From Adineta vaga (Eukaryota; Animalia; Rotifera), in contig CP075496.1 in the NCBI GenBank assembly GCA_021613535.1, positions 9,982,001 through 10,046,000 on the forward strand: a stretch of DNA of 64,000 bases, written 5' to 3'. Below, piece by piece: positions 1 through 13,400 of this stretch. The notes under the pieces were generated by a model, which was given only the letters and a program-made list of their open reading frames with translations, was not told where the DNA came from and made no database searches. Each line of letters begins with the position of its first letter. The stretch's first letter is position 1. Made by a program: the position numbers and the translations under genes.

Positions 1-425
1 GATGATCAAATTCAAATGATGAATTCAATTTCTTATTTGTCTGAAAAAAGATTTACTATAAGGTTTCTTTTTCTTTTCACTGATGATTGTTGATGAAAGA
101 AAATTGCATTATTAGGAAGTAAAACTCAGAATGATTTCGAAAGTAAATCAAAAGATTCGTTTTTTCGCAACAGATTAAAATAAAAACAATGAAGAAGTTC
201 TTAATGGGATGATTTGTAAAATTATCTTTGTCGAAATTTTCAAATGGATAATCTGTAGACAAAAAAGTATTTTCGAATGTGTTGAAGCCAAAAAAAACGA
301 TCTGACAATATGTAAATAAGAGAATATTTTATTTTCAACAAAACCGAATTTAATTAAAATATCTTCGAAAAGAAACACCTTCTCTTCATTTTCTTTCACA
401 AAAAACCAATCAGAAATATCTTTTC

Positions 426-1571
426 TCAATTTTTATCACAGAATATCGATGACATTTGATATTTATAAAAATAGTTCTCATTCAATGATACTGTATACAT
501 CGAATAATTCGCATCAAATTCAATTTTATAAACTTTTGCTGTAGCTAAAACACCTTTTGCTTGATAAACATCGATTGTTCTCATGCCAAGATGAACGATT
601 GGTACTGATGTATATGTTGCTGTTTGTGTACCAAACCAAAGTCTATTACAATACGGATCATTAGCTAAACGATACAATGAAGTTGAACTAGAGAATCTTA
701 AGCTGTTCATTGAAAAAGAAACGAGATCATACACATAGATAACCGTTGATGACCGTTGCGAAATATAAAGATAATTGTTGTTAATAGCAATATTAAATGG
801 TTCGATATTATAACTTGTTAAATCTAGATAAATTGATATATTCATTGTAGTTAAATTAATAAATCGAATTAAATTCATTTGATCATCAGTAACAAGTAAA
901 CCATTTTTCCATAAAGCTAAACCATAAAATCTACTTGAACTTGAACTAGATGATATACGTATTGTTTGATTGAATCTGAGATTCATATCATATAAATTGA
1001 CACTAAAATTACTGCTAAATGTTATGTAGATATTCTTCGAATCAATTACCATTGATAATGGAACAACTGTTACTGAAATATTTCGAAATCGAGTTAAATT
1101 TGATGCAAAATATTGAGCTATAAAGGTATCTCCTAGTACAATTAAAGTATCATCATATGGATTATAAGTTATAAATCGAGCATCGGAATGTGCTACTGCA
1201 ATTGGAGTATTATTTTGACATTGATTAAGTATATTTTGTGGTGAATAACATGAGCAAAAATTGATATCATAAGTGAGAATAAATTGATCGGAAGTATTGT
1301 CATATGATTGATCGATTTCTTGTATCCATGATTGTTCAATTCGTTGACATGTACGATTCGATGGAAAACAATTAATACCATGACATTGAGTAGTTTTGAA
1401 ATTCATCGATTTTTTATTCGCTAAACAATCACAAAGACAATCCAAACATTTGGAATCTGTTGTAGAGATAAAACTTGTATTTGTTTTTATTGAAATGTTC
1501 TTAATGAATCCAATTTGAAAAGAATTACAGATATGGAATGTGTATAAGAGAAAAATAATGAGTAGTCTCAT
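426..1571 (-). CDS. Secreted protein with N-terminal Cys-rich apple/PAN-like module and C-terminal beta-propeller (NHL/YncE-like)
   Basis: Intronless 381-aa ORF with a hydrophobic signal peptide. Cys motif CxxCxCxC...CxxxNC...NxTCQ is followed by repeated beta-blade motifs (FITYNPYDDTLIV, YGLALWKNGLLVTD, PFNIAINNNYLYIS). Confidence 0.65.
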   Translation of the reverse strand: MRLLIIFLLYTFHICNSFQIGFIKNISIKTNTSFISTTDSKCLDCLCDCLANKKSMNFKTTQCHGINCFPSNRTCQRIEQSWIQEIDQSYDNTSDQFILTYDINFCSCYSPQNILNQCQNNTPIAVAHSDARFITYNPYDDTLIVLGDTFIAQYFASNLTRFRNISVTVVPLSMVIDSKNIYITFSSNFSVNLYDMNLRFNQTIRISSSSSSSRFYGLALWKNGLLVTDDQMNLIRFINLTTMNISIYLDLTSYNIEPFNIAINNNYLYISQRSSTVIYVYDLVSFSMNSLRFSSSTSLYRLANDPYCNRLWFGTQTATYTSVPIVHLGMRTIDVYQAKGVLATAKVYKIEFDANYSMYTVSLNENYFYKYQMSSIFCDKN

Positions 1572-1925
1572 TGTTTGTTTTTATGATACTTGAATACAAT
1601 ATTCTTAGAAAATGATTTTTGTTTTTTCTTTTATGTTTTCAAACTAACACACAAGAAATGAAAAATTCATCAAAAAGAAAATTGAAATTTAACTTCAGAT
1701 AAATATTCTTAGCTATCTATATATAAAGAAAAAGAACTTTGAAGTTTTCTTTGAAATAAATTAACGTGACTTCTAATAGATTTTCATCATGTAAAATAGT
1801 CTAAATTTGCTTGCGAGATAAATATTCATATCGTCACTTTATTTCTAGTAAAAAATTCCATATAGTTATCATTTTTTGCTTAAATGAACTATGACTTTTG
1901 AAGTCTAACCTCTTCAAACGTTTGA

Positions 1926-2981
1926 TTACGCTCTATCTTTTCTCGTTAATCGTGGCTTAATTCGTAATTGATCATTATTTGCCGTAAATTTCACTGTGTT
2001 TGTTAATGTCCTTAATGGTTGGTTCATTCGTACTGGTTGTGTTTGTGTTTTACACATGATTTTCCTAATAATTCGATAAAATTCTTGTCGAAACATTTTC
2101 CCACTTAATGTTAAGATGTAAAATGTACATGAATGATTAAAAAATGAAATTGTTCGAACGACAATAATAAAAACATTGTCAGCTGCTTTGGTATAATCAT
2201 CTTTTAGTACATTTAATGTTAATGTTGAATATAATTTTTGAACAGCATGTGGTACAGTAGTAATAGTTATGAGAATAACTTGAAGAAAAAGCATAAGCAT
2301 TAATGTTTGATCGCGTTTATTCAATGGAGATATACGTCGACCATCTGGAGCGATTCGACGAAAACGTCGCGTATTTGCGATTGTCCATATACCAAAGATT
2401 AACATGAGTGATGGTGGAATAAGACTATAACCAATTAGATAAACAGAATCATTAAATAAACGATAAAAACCTGGACGAGAATCACAGTTTCTATCGGAAC
2501 CAATTTCGTAAAAAAATAGAACATATGCATAGAAAAGTAGACCAATTAATGTGGTGATAAATATCATCCAACGTGATATTGAAGGACGAGCAAATGCTCG
2601 TAAATGAACATTATATGAACTTGACATTCGTCGATCAAAACATGCCAGAACAATAAACCATGATGATAAAGATTTCGCGGTGAAATACGTATAAAAACGT
2701 ATTTTACAATAGAATAGATTATATTGACCTGGATCGATTTCAAATCCGTCTGATAAGATTCGAGATGGTAAAATAAAAAACACAACAAAATAATTTGCTA
2801 CAGTTGATGCTAAAAAATAATGCACACAGGATGTTTGTCGAAATGTCTTACGGGTAAATATTAACGTATTAAATGTTAAACCAACACTACCCAATATAAA
2901 TAAAGCTATTAAACAGTACCTTGAAAAGATCTCCGAAATTAAATCAAGCATATCAATAACTATTGTTTGAGTTCGATTCAT
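1926..2981 (-). CDS. Class A (rhodopsin-like) orphan GPCR
   Basis: Intronless 351 aa with seven hydrophobic segments, TM3 C..(CKIRFY)...ACFDR and TM7 FYILTLSGKMFR. Confidence 0.9.
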   Translation of the reverse strand: MNRTQTIVIDMLDLISEIFSRYCLIALFILGSVGLTFNTLIFTRKTFRQTSCVHYFLASTVANYFVVFFILPSRILSDGFEIDPGQYNLFYCKIRFYTYFTAKSLSSWFIVLACFDRRMSSSYNVHLRAFARPSISRWMIFITTLIGLLFYAYVLFFYEIGSDRNCDSRPGFYRLFNDSVYLIGYSLIPPSLMLIFGIWTIANTRRFRRIAPDGRRISPLNKRDQTLMLMLFLQVILITITTVPHAVQKLYSTLTLNVLKDDYTKAADNVFIIVVRTISFFNHSCTFYILTLSGKMFRQEFYRIIRKIMCKTQTQPVRMNQPLRTLTNTVKFTANNDQLRIKPRLTRKDRA

Positions 2982-4677
2982 GAAAAATGATATCCTGTTG
3001 TTTGAATAATCATCTGAATGATAAAGAAGAAAATAGAGAGTTTGTTATATTTAAATGAATTCATTCAGTTGGATAGACGTGTGTAGAATGATAAAGCAGT
3101 TTTTTTCAATAGAAGAAAAAGTCAGGAAATAGATTAAATTAATTGTACTGGAATTATTCTAATTATATTTACGTAAGGAAAAGAAAAACATATAGATTAG
3201 ACTTAACTAACCATGGATCTCTATAATGAACGATAGATTTTATCGGAAGAAAACACGACTGACGTAGATTTTTTTCCAAGAAAATATATATAAAGGCGTT
3301 AGGATGCTCTAATTTCTATGAAGAAAATAATAATCCTAATGGATCAGACTTCTATTTTTTTAGTATTCAAGAATTCTAATCATCATATGTCTGCCTATAT
3401 AATCTATTCGATACTATAGACTTAAGTTTCTCAAATACACTTAATTATGCATGGGAAAGATTCCATTTTCACTAATTCAAAGATTCAAATTTATTTTATA
3501 ATTATATAATAATTTTGTTTATCTCTCTCTTTAACTTATAACTTTACTTTATTAATATTGATAATAATTTAGCGAAAAAAAATGAATAAAAATATCTCTG
3601 TCGGATTACAATTTGACAACTTGGTGTTTTATATGACACTGATGTTTTCACGGCAACTGTTGACATTCTCCATCTAAACAGAACGGAATGTCAATCTTTC
3701 TGTTGTACTTTGTACTATTTCAACTAACGATTACTGATCAAATATTGGTTATTGAGTATTAAAATCTCTTCTATCAGAATACTATACGCTAAGGACATAA
3801 TTCATTCTATTCTGAACTTTAGCTAAATAGGAATTTCTACATTATTCTTTTCTTTGAAAAGAAGATGTTAGTCGTCGTTTTCTTTTGTTCTTGAGTCTTT
3901 TTTTCTTCGCAATCTTTGTTATGCTCGCATAGGGTCTATCAACTGAGAGCGACAAATGATGCTTATTTTCTCAGAGATTTAATTAATACGGCCGATTTTC
4001 ATTTTGTTAAATTTTACGACTCGTTTCGAGAAACTGTCAACATTTCTGTTTGAAGACAATTCCACATTTGATAAATTAAATGTTTTCATAAAAAGAAATT
4101 TAAGTTAATAGGACAAGATACTATGACTTGTGTAAACGGATTTGTTTACTAGAGATGACCATTTGAATAACTAAACGTATTTACGAACCATTCATGAAAA
4201 TATGTAATTAAACCAACAAGATTTTACTCGATATACAAAAATACAATTGTATAACAAGATTAATCATTAATTTCTATATTTAGTTAGAAATTCTTATTTA
4301 AAAACAGTGAAAATATCTTCATGCTGTTATATCCCTAGAATGTGCGTGTGTTCTAAGGATACGATGGGAAAATAGTCTGAACAACCTTTTTCTAAACTTC
4401 TTCTCTTATCTTTTAATAATCATTTTTATCTTATTCAAAGACTTCATTCTTTTGAAAACAAACTTCAAAAATAACTGTCAAATGACTATTAAAATGTTCT
4501 GATTAGTTTCATTTATGACCTATTTTGATTTATACATCATTATTAAACATGCCAAATAATAATGTGCTTTACATTTATTTAGTTTTTATTCTACTTTAAC
4601 TACGAAATAACAAAAACCACAATTCACTTCAAACTAAGTGAAAACAAATACGATATAATGAATAATTATAGTTCTTT

Positions 4678-5054
4678 TTATCGTCCACCAGCTGCTTGTT
4701 TACGTAATAATTGAAATATTTCTTGTTTAATCCATTCTTTATTATGGGGTTTATATTGACCTGTTTGTTTTTGAAAAACTAAACAACTTAAATCAGATAT
4801 TTCATTAATAAATTCAAATAATTCCGATATATCATATGTAATCGATGGTGACGTTGGATTACGTTTTTTTAAATGTTCTTCAAACACTTTACAAATGCCT
4901 AGAAATACCAAGAAAAAAGAACAAATCAAATCAAATCATGTATACTTTTCTTTTGACTATTACCATCAAGACATTCATCGACAGATTCATAATCAGAATA
5001 CGTTCGAGAATCAAGTTTACTTGTTGATTGAAGAAGAAGAATTGTATGTGACAT
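4678..5054 (-). CDS. ERH: Enhancer of rudimentary homolog (2 coding exons: 5054-4964 and 4898-4678)
   Basis: Spliced product MSHTILLLQ...[16 protein letters not shown]|[30 protein letters not shown]...[21 protein letters not shown] is the recognisable ERH sequence. GT-AG intron at 4963-4899. Confidence 0.97.
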
Positions 5055-5480
5055 ATCTAATAAAAATAGATTGAAAAAAACAAACAAAGATGAATCTTGA
5101 TTGAATGTCGAAATAACTTTTGAATTTATCTGATCGAACATCATATGAAAAAGTTTATTTCCTCACTCAATCTAATAAGAAAATCTTCATCTATAGAATT
5201 TATTCTATCATGTATTCGGCAGACACTTAATTTAATTAAAAATAGGCTTCTCCTAACTTGTTAGAAGAACAACGAACGAACTATTCCTATCCTCAATAAA
5301 TAGAGATAGATGAACAATTTCTTTATTGGCAAATAGATTCATATTCTAATGCACTAATGCACTTTGATATTTTGTTCAACATTTTTTCATTGAAAAACGA
5401 AAATACAATTGCAATTTTTCATAGAATTTATTTTATGAATTATTTTCGACATAAAAAATTTATAGAGGACAAAGAAATCT

Positions 5481-5541
5481 AATCATGGCGGGTAACTGTC
5501 AAAATTCAATCATCGTAACCGGAAAATGTTTTCTTTCCGGT
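5481..5541. promoter_or_regulatory. Putative housekeeping/bidirectional promoter elements (YY1-like ATGGCGG; inverted ETS-like CCGGAA pair)
   Basis: aatcatggcgg at 5481 and ccggaaaa...tttccgg at 5519-5540, in a locally CpG-containing patch between divergently oriented ERH and the 5619 ORF. Confidence 0.35.
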
Positions 5542-5618
5542 CTACATAGAAACTTTCCAATAGACGCGCTCGTTTTTCTTTTTCAAAATTCGTTCAATAT
5601 GACGAAAATTCTTCCGTA

Positions 5619-5978
5619 ATGAATCATTTCTCAAAATTAAATCATAATGAAGATGATAATTCTCCATTTAGTTTCATTTTACTTAATCAACAATGGAAGG
5701 ATTTTATTTCTCGTTTAGAAAAACTAATATATTTATCATCTCAATATGAAAAAATTGATTTTCATCAAATCGATTCGCCAATTTCTATCGAAGAACCAAG
5801 CATTCATGAAAATTTCCACAAAAACTCTGCAGAATTCTTGACAATTAAGAACAACGTTCGTCAATCATCGAATGGTATAAATAATCTTTTGTAATTGCTC
5901 GATGAAGATAAAAATGATATAGAATTATTTCTGCATTCACTACAAGAATGGAAGAAGAAGACCTTCGAAAATCTATGA
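5619..5978 (+). pseudogene. Small unknown helical protein gene, possibly with a premature stop
   Basis: The 91-aa ORF ends at TAA 5892-5894, but the frame continues with protein-like sequence (LLDEDKNDIELFLHSLQEWKKKTFENL) to TGA at 5978. Confidence 0.35.
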
Positions 5979-7447
5979 ATCAGTAAGTTTATGAAAAAAA
6001 AAGCGACAAGAGAGAATAGAAATCTCTGAAGTGATTAGTTCAATTAGTGAAACTATTATTGATGAAAAATATAAAAATCAATAGTTCATTTGTTTTTCTA
6101 GTGTTTGAACAACTATTTCAGACGAACTAAAAAAACATGTTTACTTTCTGTAAATATATTAATTACTATTTGTTCAGTATCATGAGAATACAATCATCTA
6201 ATAAAATATGCTAATCAAATTATAATTTTTTAATCGATTATTTCTACCTTTTGAGTGATAAATTCATGATTTCTTTCTAAAAAAAATCACGTATTTCATA
6301 GTTGATCAAAAACTATATTTCAAAGTATTATGCCAAAAGATCATCTGTATGAATAGAATTTTGGAAGTAATTAGAAATTTATGGACCAATAATCACTTGA
6401 GATTTGAGACCGTGAAATGTTTCTTATTCTAGAGATTTCTATGGTTTTTCAAGGTTGATATTTTTGATCACGCGATACTTATACAGGATGATAAGATGAG
6501 AACAAGTGAAAGCACCTTTTACGATCGATGTAAGAAAAATTCTAATCTATGTAAAAGCTTATTCTACTCCCATAGGATTAAATATGAACATCTTATTCAT
6601 GACATAAAGATTAACATATCATCAACACTTGAAATAGTTACAATCGTCATATGAGATGTTTTCCTTTCAGTTCCCACTGAGATTCTATCAAAACATCTGT
6701 CATTAACTTTTTATCTTGTCTATTTTATCCGGATAAGCTTTTTTCTTTCTGTATTTCAAAAAAAAAAAACACCTGTCAAACGATTGTTTTTGTTACTCTT
6801 TGATAGAACCATTTGGAATGTTATTTTCTATGAAGTCTTCGTTTTGATTTTCAATAAATATGGCTTTGCAACTACGCAAATAATTAAGAATGTGACAAGG
6901 CTAAAAGAGACTGATAAAATAACATATCACGCTTGATTAAATAGAAATTCTTTATGAAAGGTTCCTGTTTTTCTTTCTGTTTTAGTATGTTAACAAATGG
7001 AATCGATCGAATGATTATTATCAAATGTTTTTGATATATTTATCTCGAAAACAATTCTATCAAGATGAGTTTGACTAGATAGTCGATCAAGTTTTTGTTC
7101 TCATGTTTGAATGAAATTGTTGAAGATCATTGATTGTGAGATTTATGATTATGATATGTTGTTCTTAGTATTTTTTTTGTTATTATGGTGTGTCAACAAA
7201 AATTGATAAATCTTTGTCAACAAAACGGCAAAGCGAACGTAATGACGATCTGTTTTTTTCTTCTTCTCGTTCTTCTATCTTTTTCTTTTCCTTTCTTTCC
7301 ATCTATTTGTTCGTGCATGTTTGCCTGCATTACCAAGCAAGACAATGGTGCTCAATCACATTCTTTTATTTCTGTTTCTTAGTTCTCGTCTCCATCAAAG
7401 CTCTATGTTATTTTAGTTTCTTTCAGATCGTTCGCCATCAAAAGAAG

Positions 7448-10400
7448 ATGACGTCGGTCAAAGTAGCCGTTCGTGTTCGTCCATTCAATGCACGTGAACG
7501 AGCACGACAAGCCAAATGTATTATTCGAATGAATCAACATGAACAAACAACATTCATACGTAATCCAATTGATGATTCAGTTAAACATTATAAATATGAT
7601 TATTCATATTGGTCATGTGATGAAAATGTTACTAATGAAGTATTTGCAACACAAAAACAAGTCTATCAAGATTTAGGAATTGAAATGTTAGAACATGCAT
7701 TCGAAGGTTATAATGTTTGTATATTTGCGTATGGACAAACTGGAGCAGGAAAATCATTTACAATGATGGGAAAAAATGAATCCGACCAGCAAGGTATTAT
7801 TCCACGTTTATGTGGAGAATTATTTGAACGTATTACAGCATCAACATCTCCTACAACATCATCGCGTATTAAACCACGATATACTGTGGAAGTTTCTTAT
7901 ATGGAAATCTATTGTGAACGTGTACGAGATTTACTTTCACCGAAAAAAAGTCAATCAACCAATGTCGGTAGTTCACATAATTTACGTGTTCGAGAACATC
8001 CAATTATGGGTCCATATGTTGAAGATCTTTCTCGTTTACTTGTCACATCCTATGATGATATATCAAGATTAATCGATGAAGGAAATAAAGCTCGAACAGT
8101 CGCTGCTACAAATATGAATGAAACATCGAGTCGATCCCATGCTGTATTTACAATTTTATTTTCTCAATCGACACATGATGAAATGACAGATTTAACAGCT
8201 GAAAAACAATCGAAAATATCTTTAGTTGATTTAGCTGGAAGTGAACGTGCGGATGCAACCGGTGCAACAGGAGATCGTTTAAAAGAAGGAGCAAATATTA
8301 ATAAATCATTAACTACTCTGGGAAAAGTTATTGCAGCATTGGCAGAAATGGTTTGTTATTCAATATGACAAAAAAAACAAAGAAAAGATGTTTCATTCCT
8401 AATTTTAGAGCTCAAAAAATCGAAAAACACGTTCAGAGAAAAAAGCCGATTTTATACCATACAGAGATTCAGTTTTAACTTGGTTATTAAAAGAAAATCT
8501 TGGTGAGAACAATGATCTTTTTTTTCTGTCTGATCCGGTGATCAGCATGCTGTTCTGAAGATCATAGCAATGGATAGTCCTACTTAACTCTTTCTCCCTC
8601 CCACAAGGATTTTCTCCTAGATTCCGATTGTTTTCGAAAATACGTTCATAGGACCTACAAGAAATGCTATACCTACAGGATGTCTTACCACGTTCTTTTG
8701 AAATCTTTATAAGAGACAATTGATAGAAAGAAATTGATGATATTGTTTTGTAATTAGGTGGCAATTCGAAAACAGCGATGATAGCTGCAATATCACCAGC
8801 TGATATAAATTATGAAGAAACTTTGTCGACACTTCGTTACGCTGATCGTGCCAAAGCTATTGTTTGTAAAGCTGTTATTAATGAAGATGCAAATGCTAAA
8901 TTAATACGTGATTTGAAAGAAGAAATTATTAAATTAAGAGAATTATTAAAACATGAGGCTGGTATTGATATTTCACCTGATGGAACAACGACATCCACTT
9001 TAGCAACACCACCAACAATAGCAGTAGCAGGTGCTGGAAAACATCAACGATTAAAATCATCATCATCACAAAGTAGTGAAGATGCTTTAGAACGCTTGAA
9101 AGAGAATCAAAAACTAATGGATTCATTATGTATGTCTTATGAAGAAAAATTAAAGAAAACAGAAAAAATTATGGCAGAACGGTAAGATATCTATACAAAT
9201 CATTGATAGAACTAAGATTAGACGATGTTTTCGTTTGTAGAGAAGCAGCCTTTCATGAACTCGGTGTTTATTCTAAAAACGATGGAAACGCGGTTGGAAT
9301 CTTTTCACCGAAAAATGTAAGATTAAAATAGTAATAGGTAAGAGAATATTCTCAAATTGATTTGTCATTTTAGTCACCTCATCTGGTCAATTTGAATGAA
9401 GATCCATTGATGTCTGAATGTCTCATGTATTTTATAAAAGATGGTACAACTCGGTAAGATCTATACGAAATTTTTACGTATGAATATATCAAATAAAATA
9501 TACTATAATATTGATTTAGTGTTGGACGTCCTGATGCACCAATACATCAAGATATATGTCTGTCCGGTTCTCATATTGAATCTGAACATTGTATAATTAC
9601 TAATTCTCAAAATATTGTTCATTTAAAGCCGTGCAGTCAAACAACTATGTGTTATGTAAATGGAAAAAGAGTCGATTTTGATACACCAGTTGAATTAACA
9701 TCTGGTTCTCGTGTTATCTTCGGTAAATCACATGTTTTTCGTTTTCTTAATCCTGAACAAGCACGAAAAAAGAATACCAAAGGAGAACCTACTGGTGGTA
9801 TGTTTATTAATCTCTTCTTTCGACTAAATTTCAAAGAGTATTGATATTCTATAGAACCTACCGATTGGAATAGTGCAATCCAAGAATTAATGGAGAAACA
9901 GGGTATTGATATAAAACATGAAATGGAAAAAAAGTAAAATTCGTTTGTTTTTGATTGATTAAAATATTCATTTTCTTTTCTTTTCTTTCTTTTTACTGTA
10001 AAGATTGATGACGATGGAAGAAGCATTTAAACGAGAAAAAGAAGAAGCTGATCGTCTTTTACGTGAACAAAAACTTGAATATGAAACAAAAATAGTTCAA
10101 TTACAAAAACAAGTGATGGAAACATCCATGAGCCAATCGATGTTATCATCAATATTATCATCCACAGCTTTTGTTGATACATCAACATTTATACAACAAC
10201 CATTTCAACAAGATTCATATGAAAATGATAATGATACACTTAGTTGTAAGACAAAGAATGAATCGAACTGTACAAACGGAAATGATACTTGTTTTCTTTT
10301 TAAGATTGTTCTTGGTCAGAACAAGATTATCAATTAGCTTGGTGGGCATGGAAAAAATGGCGATATCATCAAATGACATCATTACGAGTAAGGGCTTTTA

Positions 10401-13400
10401 TTCGACATCGTTTATCGAGTTTGTTATTGAGATAATAATTTTAATTATTAAATTCTAATAGGATTATTCAAATCGTATTCAACCTATTTGGTTGATTAAG
10501 GTATATTTTCCGTTTGTTTGTCGATTGATGTTGTTCGAGACTTTATTCCACAAGGACTAGGTCATATTCGTTGTGTATAAATAATACTGTTAAATGCAGA
10601 ATTTGATAATAAATATCTTCATTGTATTTGTTCGTACTACATGAACTTTATGAGTAGATTTTGATCAGACGAAAGAACTTCTCGAAGCTTTCACATTATT
10701 TTTCTTTTTCATATATATCACTGTTGTTTGTGTTCTTCTTCATGTTTTTCTTAAACTTTGTTTTCCTATTTCTATTATAGGATCTTTTGTGGGGTAATAG
10801 TGTTTATCTCAAAGAAGCGAATGCAATTAGTGTTGAACTGCATAAACGTGTTCAATTCCAATTTGTACTTTTAACTGATACACTTTATTCACCTTTACCA
10901 ACTGATCTATGTTCATCACCATCATCTTCACAACGTACAATTGTTGCTGTTGAAGTACAAGATTTGAAGAATGGCGCTGTACATTATTGGACTTTAGAAA
11001 AATTTCGGTAAATTGAATTCTTCTATATATTGTATTTCTTATATGATTCCCTGCATCTTCATCTCTCTGCTTGATAATAATTAGTAGTATTAGAATACGA
11101 ATAGCGATGTAAAAGAATGAATGTTTCCGAGCTATAACTAAAATCTATCAAATCATATTGATTTAATTGATTCTATCTTTGATATATGATTTGTATCTTG
11201 TCTTGCTAAACTCATACCTACACCCATGTAGATCACGTTTGGAAACCATGCGTCATATATACAATTGTGAACAAGTTTCAATTCCACGTGCTGTGAGTTA
11301 TAATGATATGAGCGATTCACCATCGCAATATACTGCTATGACATCCGATACTCGACATTCAAGTTTTGATGATTCAATTCCAACACCAACTGTTAAAGGA
11401 CAATTTGATTTTTCATCGAAAGCAAGGTTTGTGCATGTCGTGTGCTTCATCGATATTGTCTTATATACATATACATATATATATATATATACATATTTAT
11501 CCCTTTCGAAGACGGAAAAACATTCTGATCACTAATCTTATGCTTTCGTTTTTCTTTTCAATAGACAACGATTGGAATTAATGCGTGAAATGTATACAAA
11601 TGCTGCCGATGAATCACCAACTTCACCTGATCGAAATCAAGAACTTTTAGCAAATAATGGTGCAACATTCGTTTCTCTTCAAGCTGATCCATTCTATGAT
11701 CGTTTTCCATGGTTTCGACCGATTGGAAGGTACGAAAACTTTTTATATTTATCAAATGTTTCTTCAACGATTTTTCTCTACAGAGCATTTATTTATTTAA
11801 CGAATCTTTTGCATGGAATACCATTGGTACAAACTGTTGCAATTGTATCTGAACATGGTGAAGTTAAAGGTTATTTAAAAATAGCATTACAACAATTACA
11901 AACAACAGATACAACAGATGAACAAATTAAATTAATGAGATCATATAGAAACGCAAATGGAATGACAAAAATTACCTTTGATGATGAAACCTATTTTCAA
12001 GTAAGCTTATAGAAGATTTCATTTATTGAATCAAAATATCTCACTGTGTAATCATTTTAGGCAATGAACAGTCTATCATCAATTGATTTAATTAAATCAT
12101 GTGATTCATTAGATCCAAATCTTCGATTTGTTGAAGGACAATCTCAACATGGTCTCAATGATGCTTTACACCAAAAGACTTCTTCTGGTACTCTATCACC
12201 ATCATTTCCTTCAAGTAAATTGTGTTCTTTTTTTTCGTAAACATACAATTTGTTTTATTTATTTTTTAAGAATCACAAATAATGACGACCAGTGATATTC
12301 CATCAAACGAATTATTGCAAAAACTCGGTGTTGAATATCAATTTCGTGTTACAGTTTTAGAAGCGTCTCAAATCTCATCAGATTATGCAGATATATTTTG
12401 TCAATTTAATTTTCTTCATCAACAGCAAGAAGCTTATTCAACTGAACCACTCAAAAATCAAGGCAAACCAGGACCACCATTAGGATTTTTTCATGTACAA
12501 AATGTAATTTTCCAACTTCAACTATTTTTCTTTTAAAAGAAAATCATCTGAATTCTTTTTCTTTTCAATCATTATAGTTCAGTGTTATTGTTACACATGC
12601 ATTTATTGATTATCTTCGAACGAAACCAGTCGTATTCGAAGTTATGGGTCATTATCAAGATCAATCGAACTCTGTTCAAAATAGGTAAATCACTGGTTGA
12701 GGAGATAAATTGATTGTACATTCAATGGAATAATCTTTAGCTCATCATCATCATCAAAGAATACATCAGCACCATCGGCACCTTCCATGGCTTTTTCAAA
12801 ACCAGTTCCTGCACAAACATTAAACATAGTGACACCACCTAGGTTAATTTTAATTCATACATTATCTCGAACATTATGATAAAATTCAATTTATTTTAGC
12901 ACTACGAATCAAGTACATGCTACTCATGATCTTCTTGTTTGGTATGAAATCTTTGAACTATCGCCAACTGGAGAGTAAGTTTTCTTTTTAAAAAATCAAT
13001 AATTGTTCATAGAAATTAATATGAAGATATGCTGCTGTTACTGTTGATCATTCCGATGATGTTCCATGTTCAGGTCGATTTATTCTTCACCAAGGCATTC
13101 AACGTCGTATTGGAATAACACTTTGTCATGAATCAGGTTCTGAATTGATTTGGAAAGATGTTCAAGAAGTTGTTGTTGGTAAAGAAATTCTCTAACAAGA
13201 AAACAGACATTCATTATTCATATTTTTTGATTTCATAGGACGTATTCGTGGACAACGAGATTCTGTTTTTGATGAATCGGATGGTCAAGTTCTATCATTA
13301 AATATTATCTCTGCTCATTACATTCAAAAACACCATGATGAACGAACATTTTATCATTTTGAAGTTGCATGGGATTCTTCATTACATAATTCTTTACTAT

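Noticed and set aside
7190-7447. N-terminal extension of the 392-aa kinesin ORF
   Set aside because: It starts at GTG and is a T-rich intron/UTR-like sequence with an acceptor near 7427. The conserved kinesin-3 start is MTSVKVAVR at 7448.
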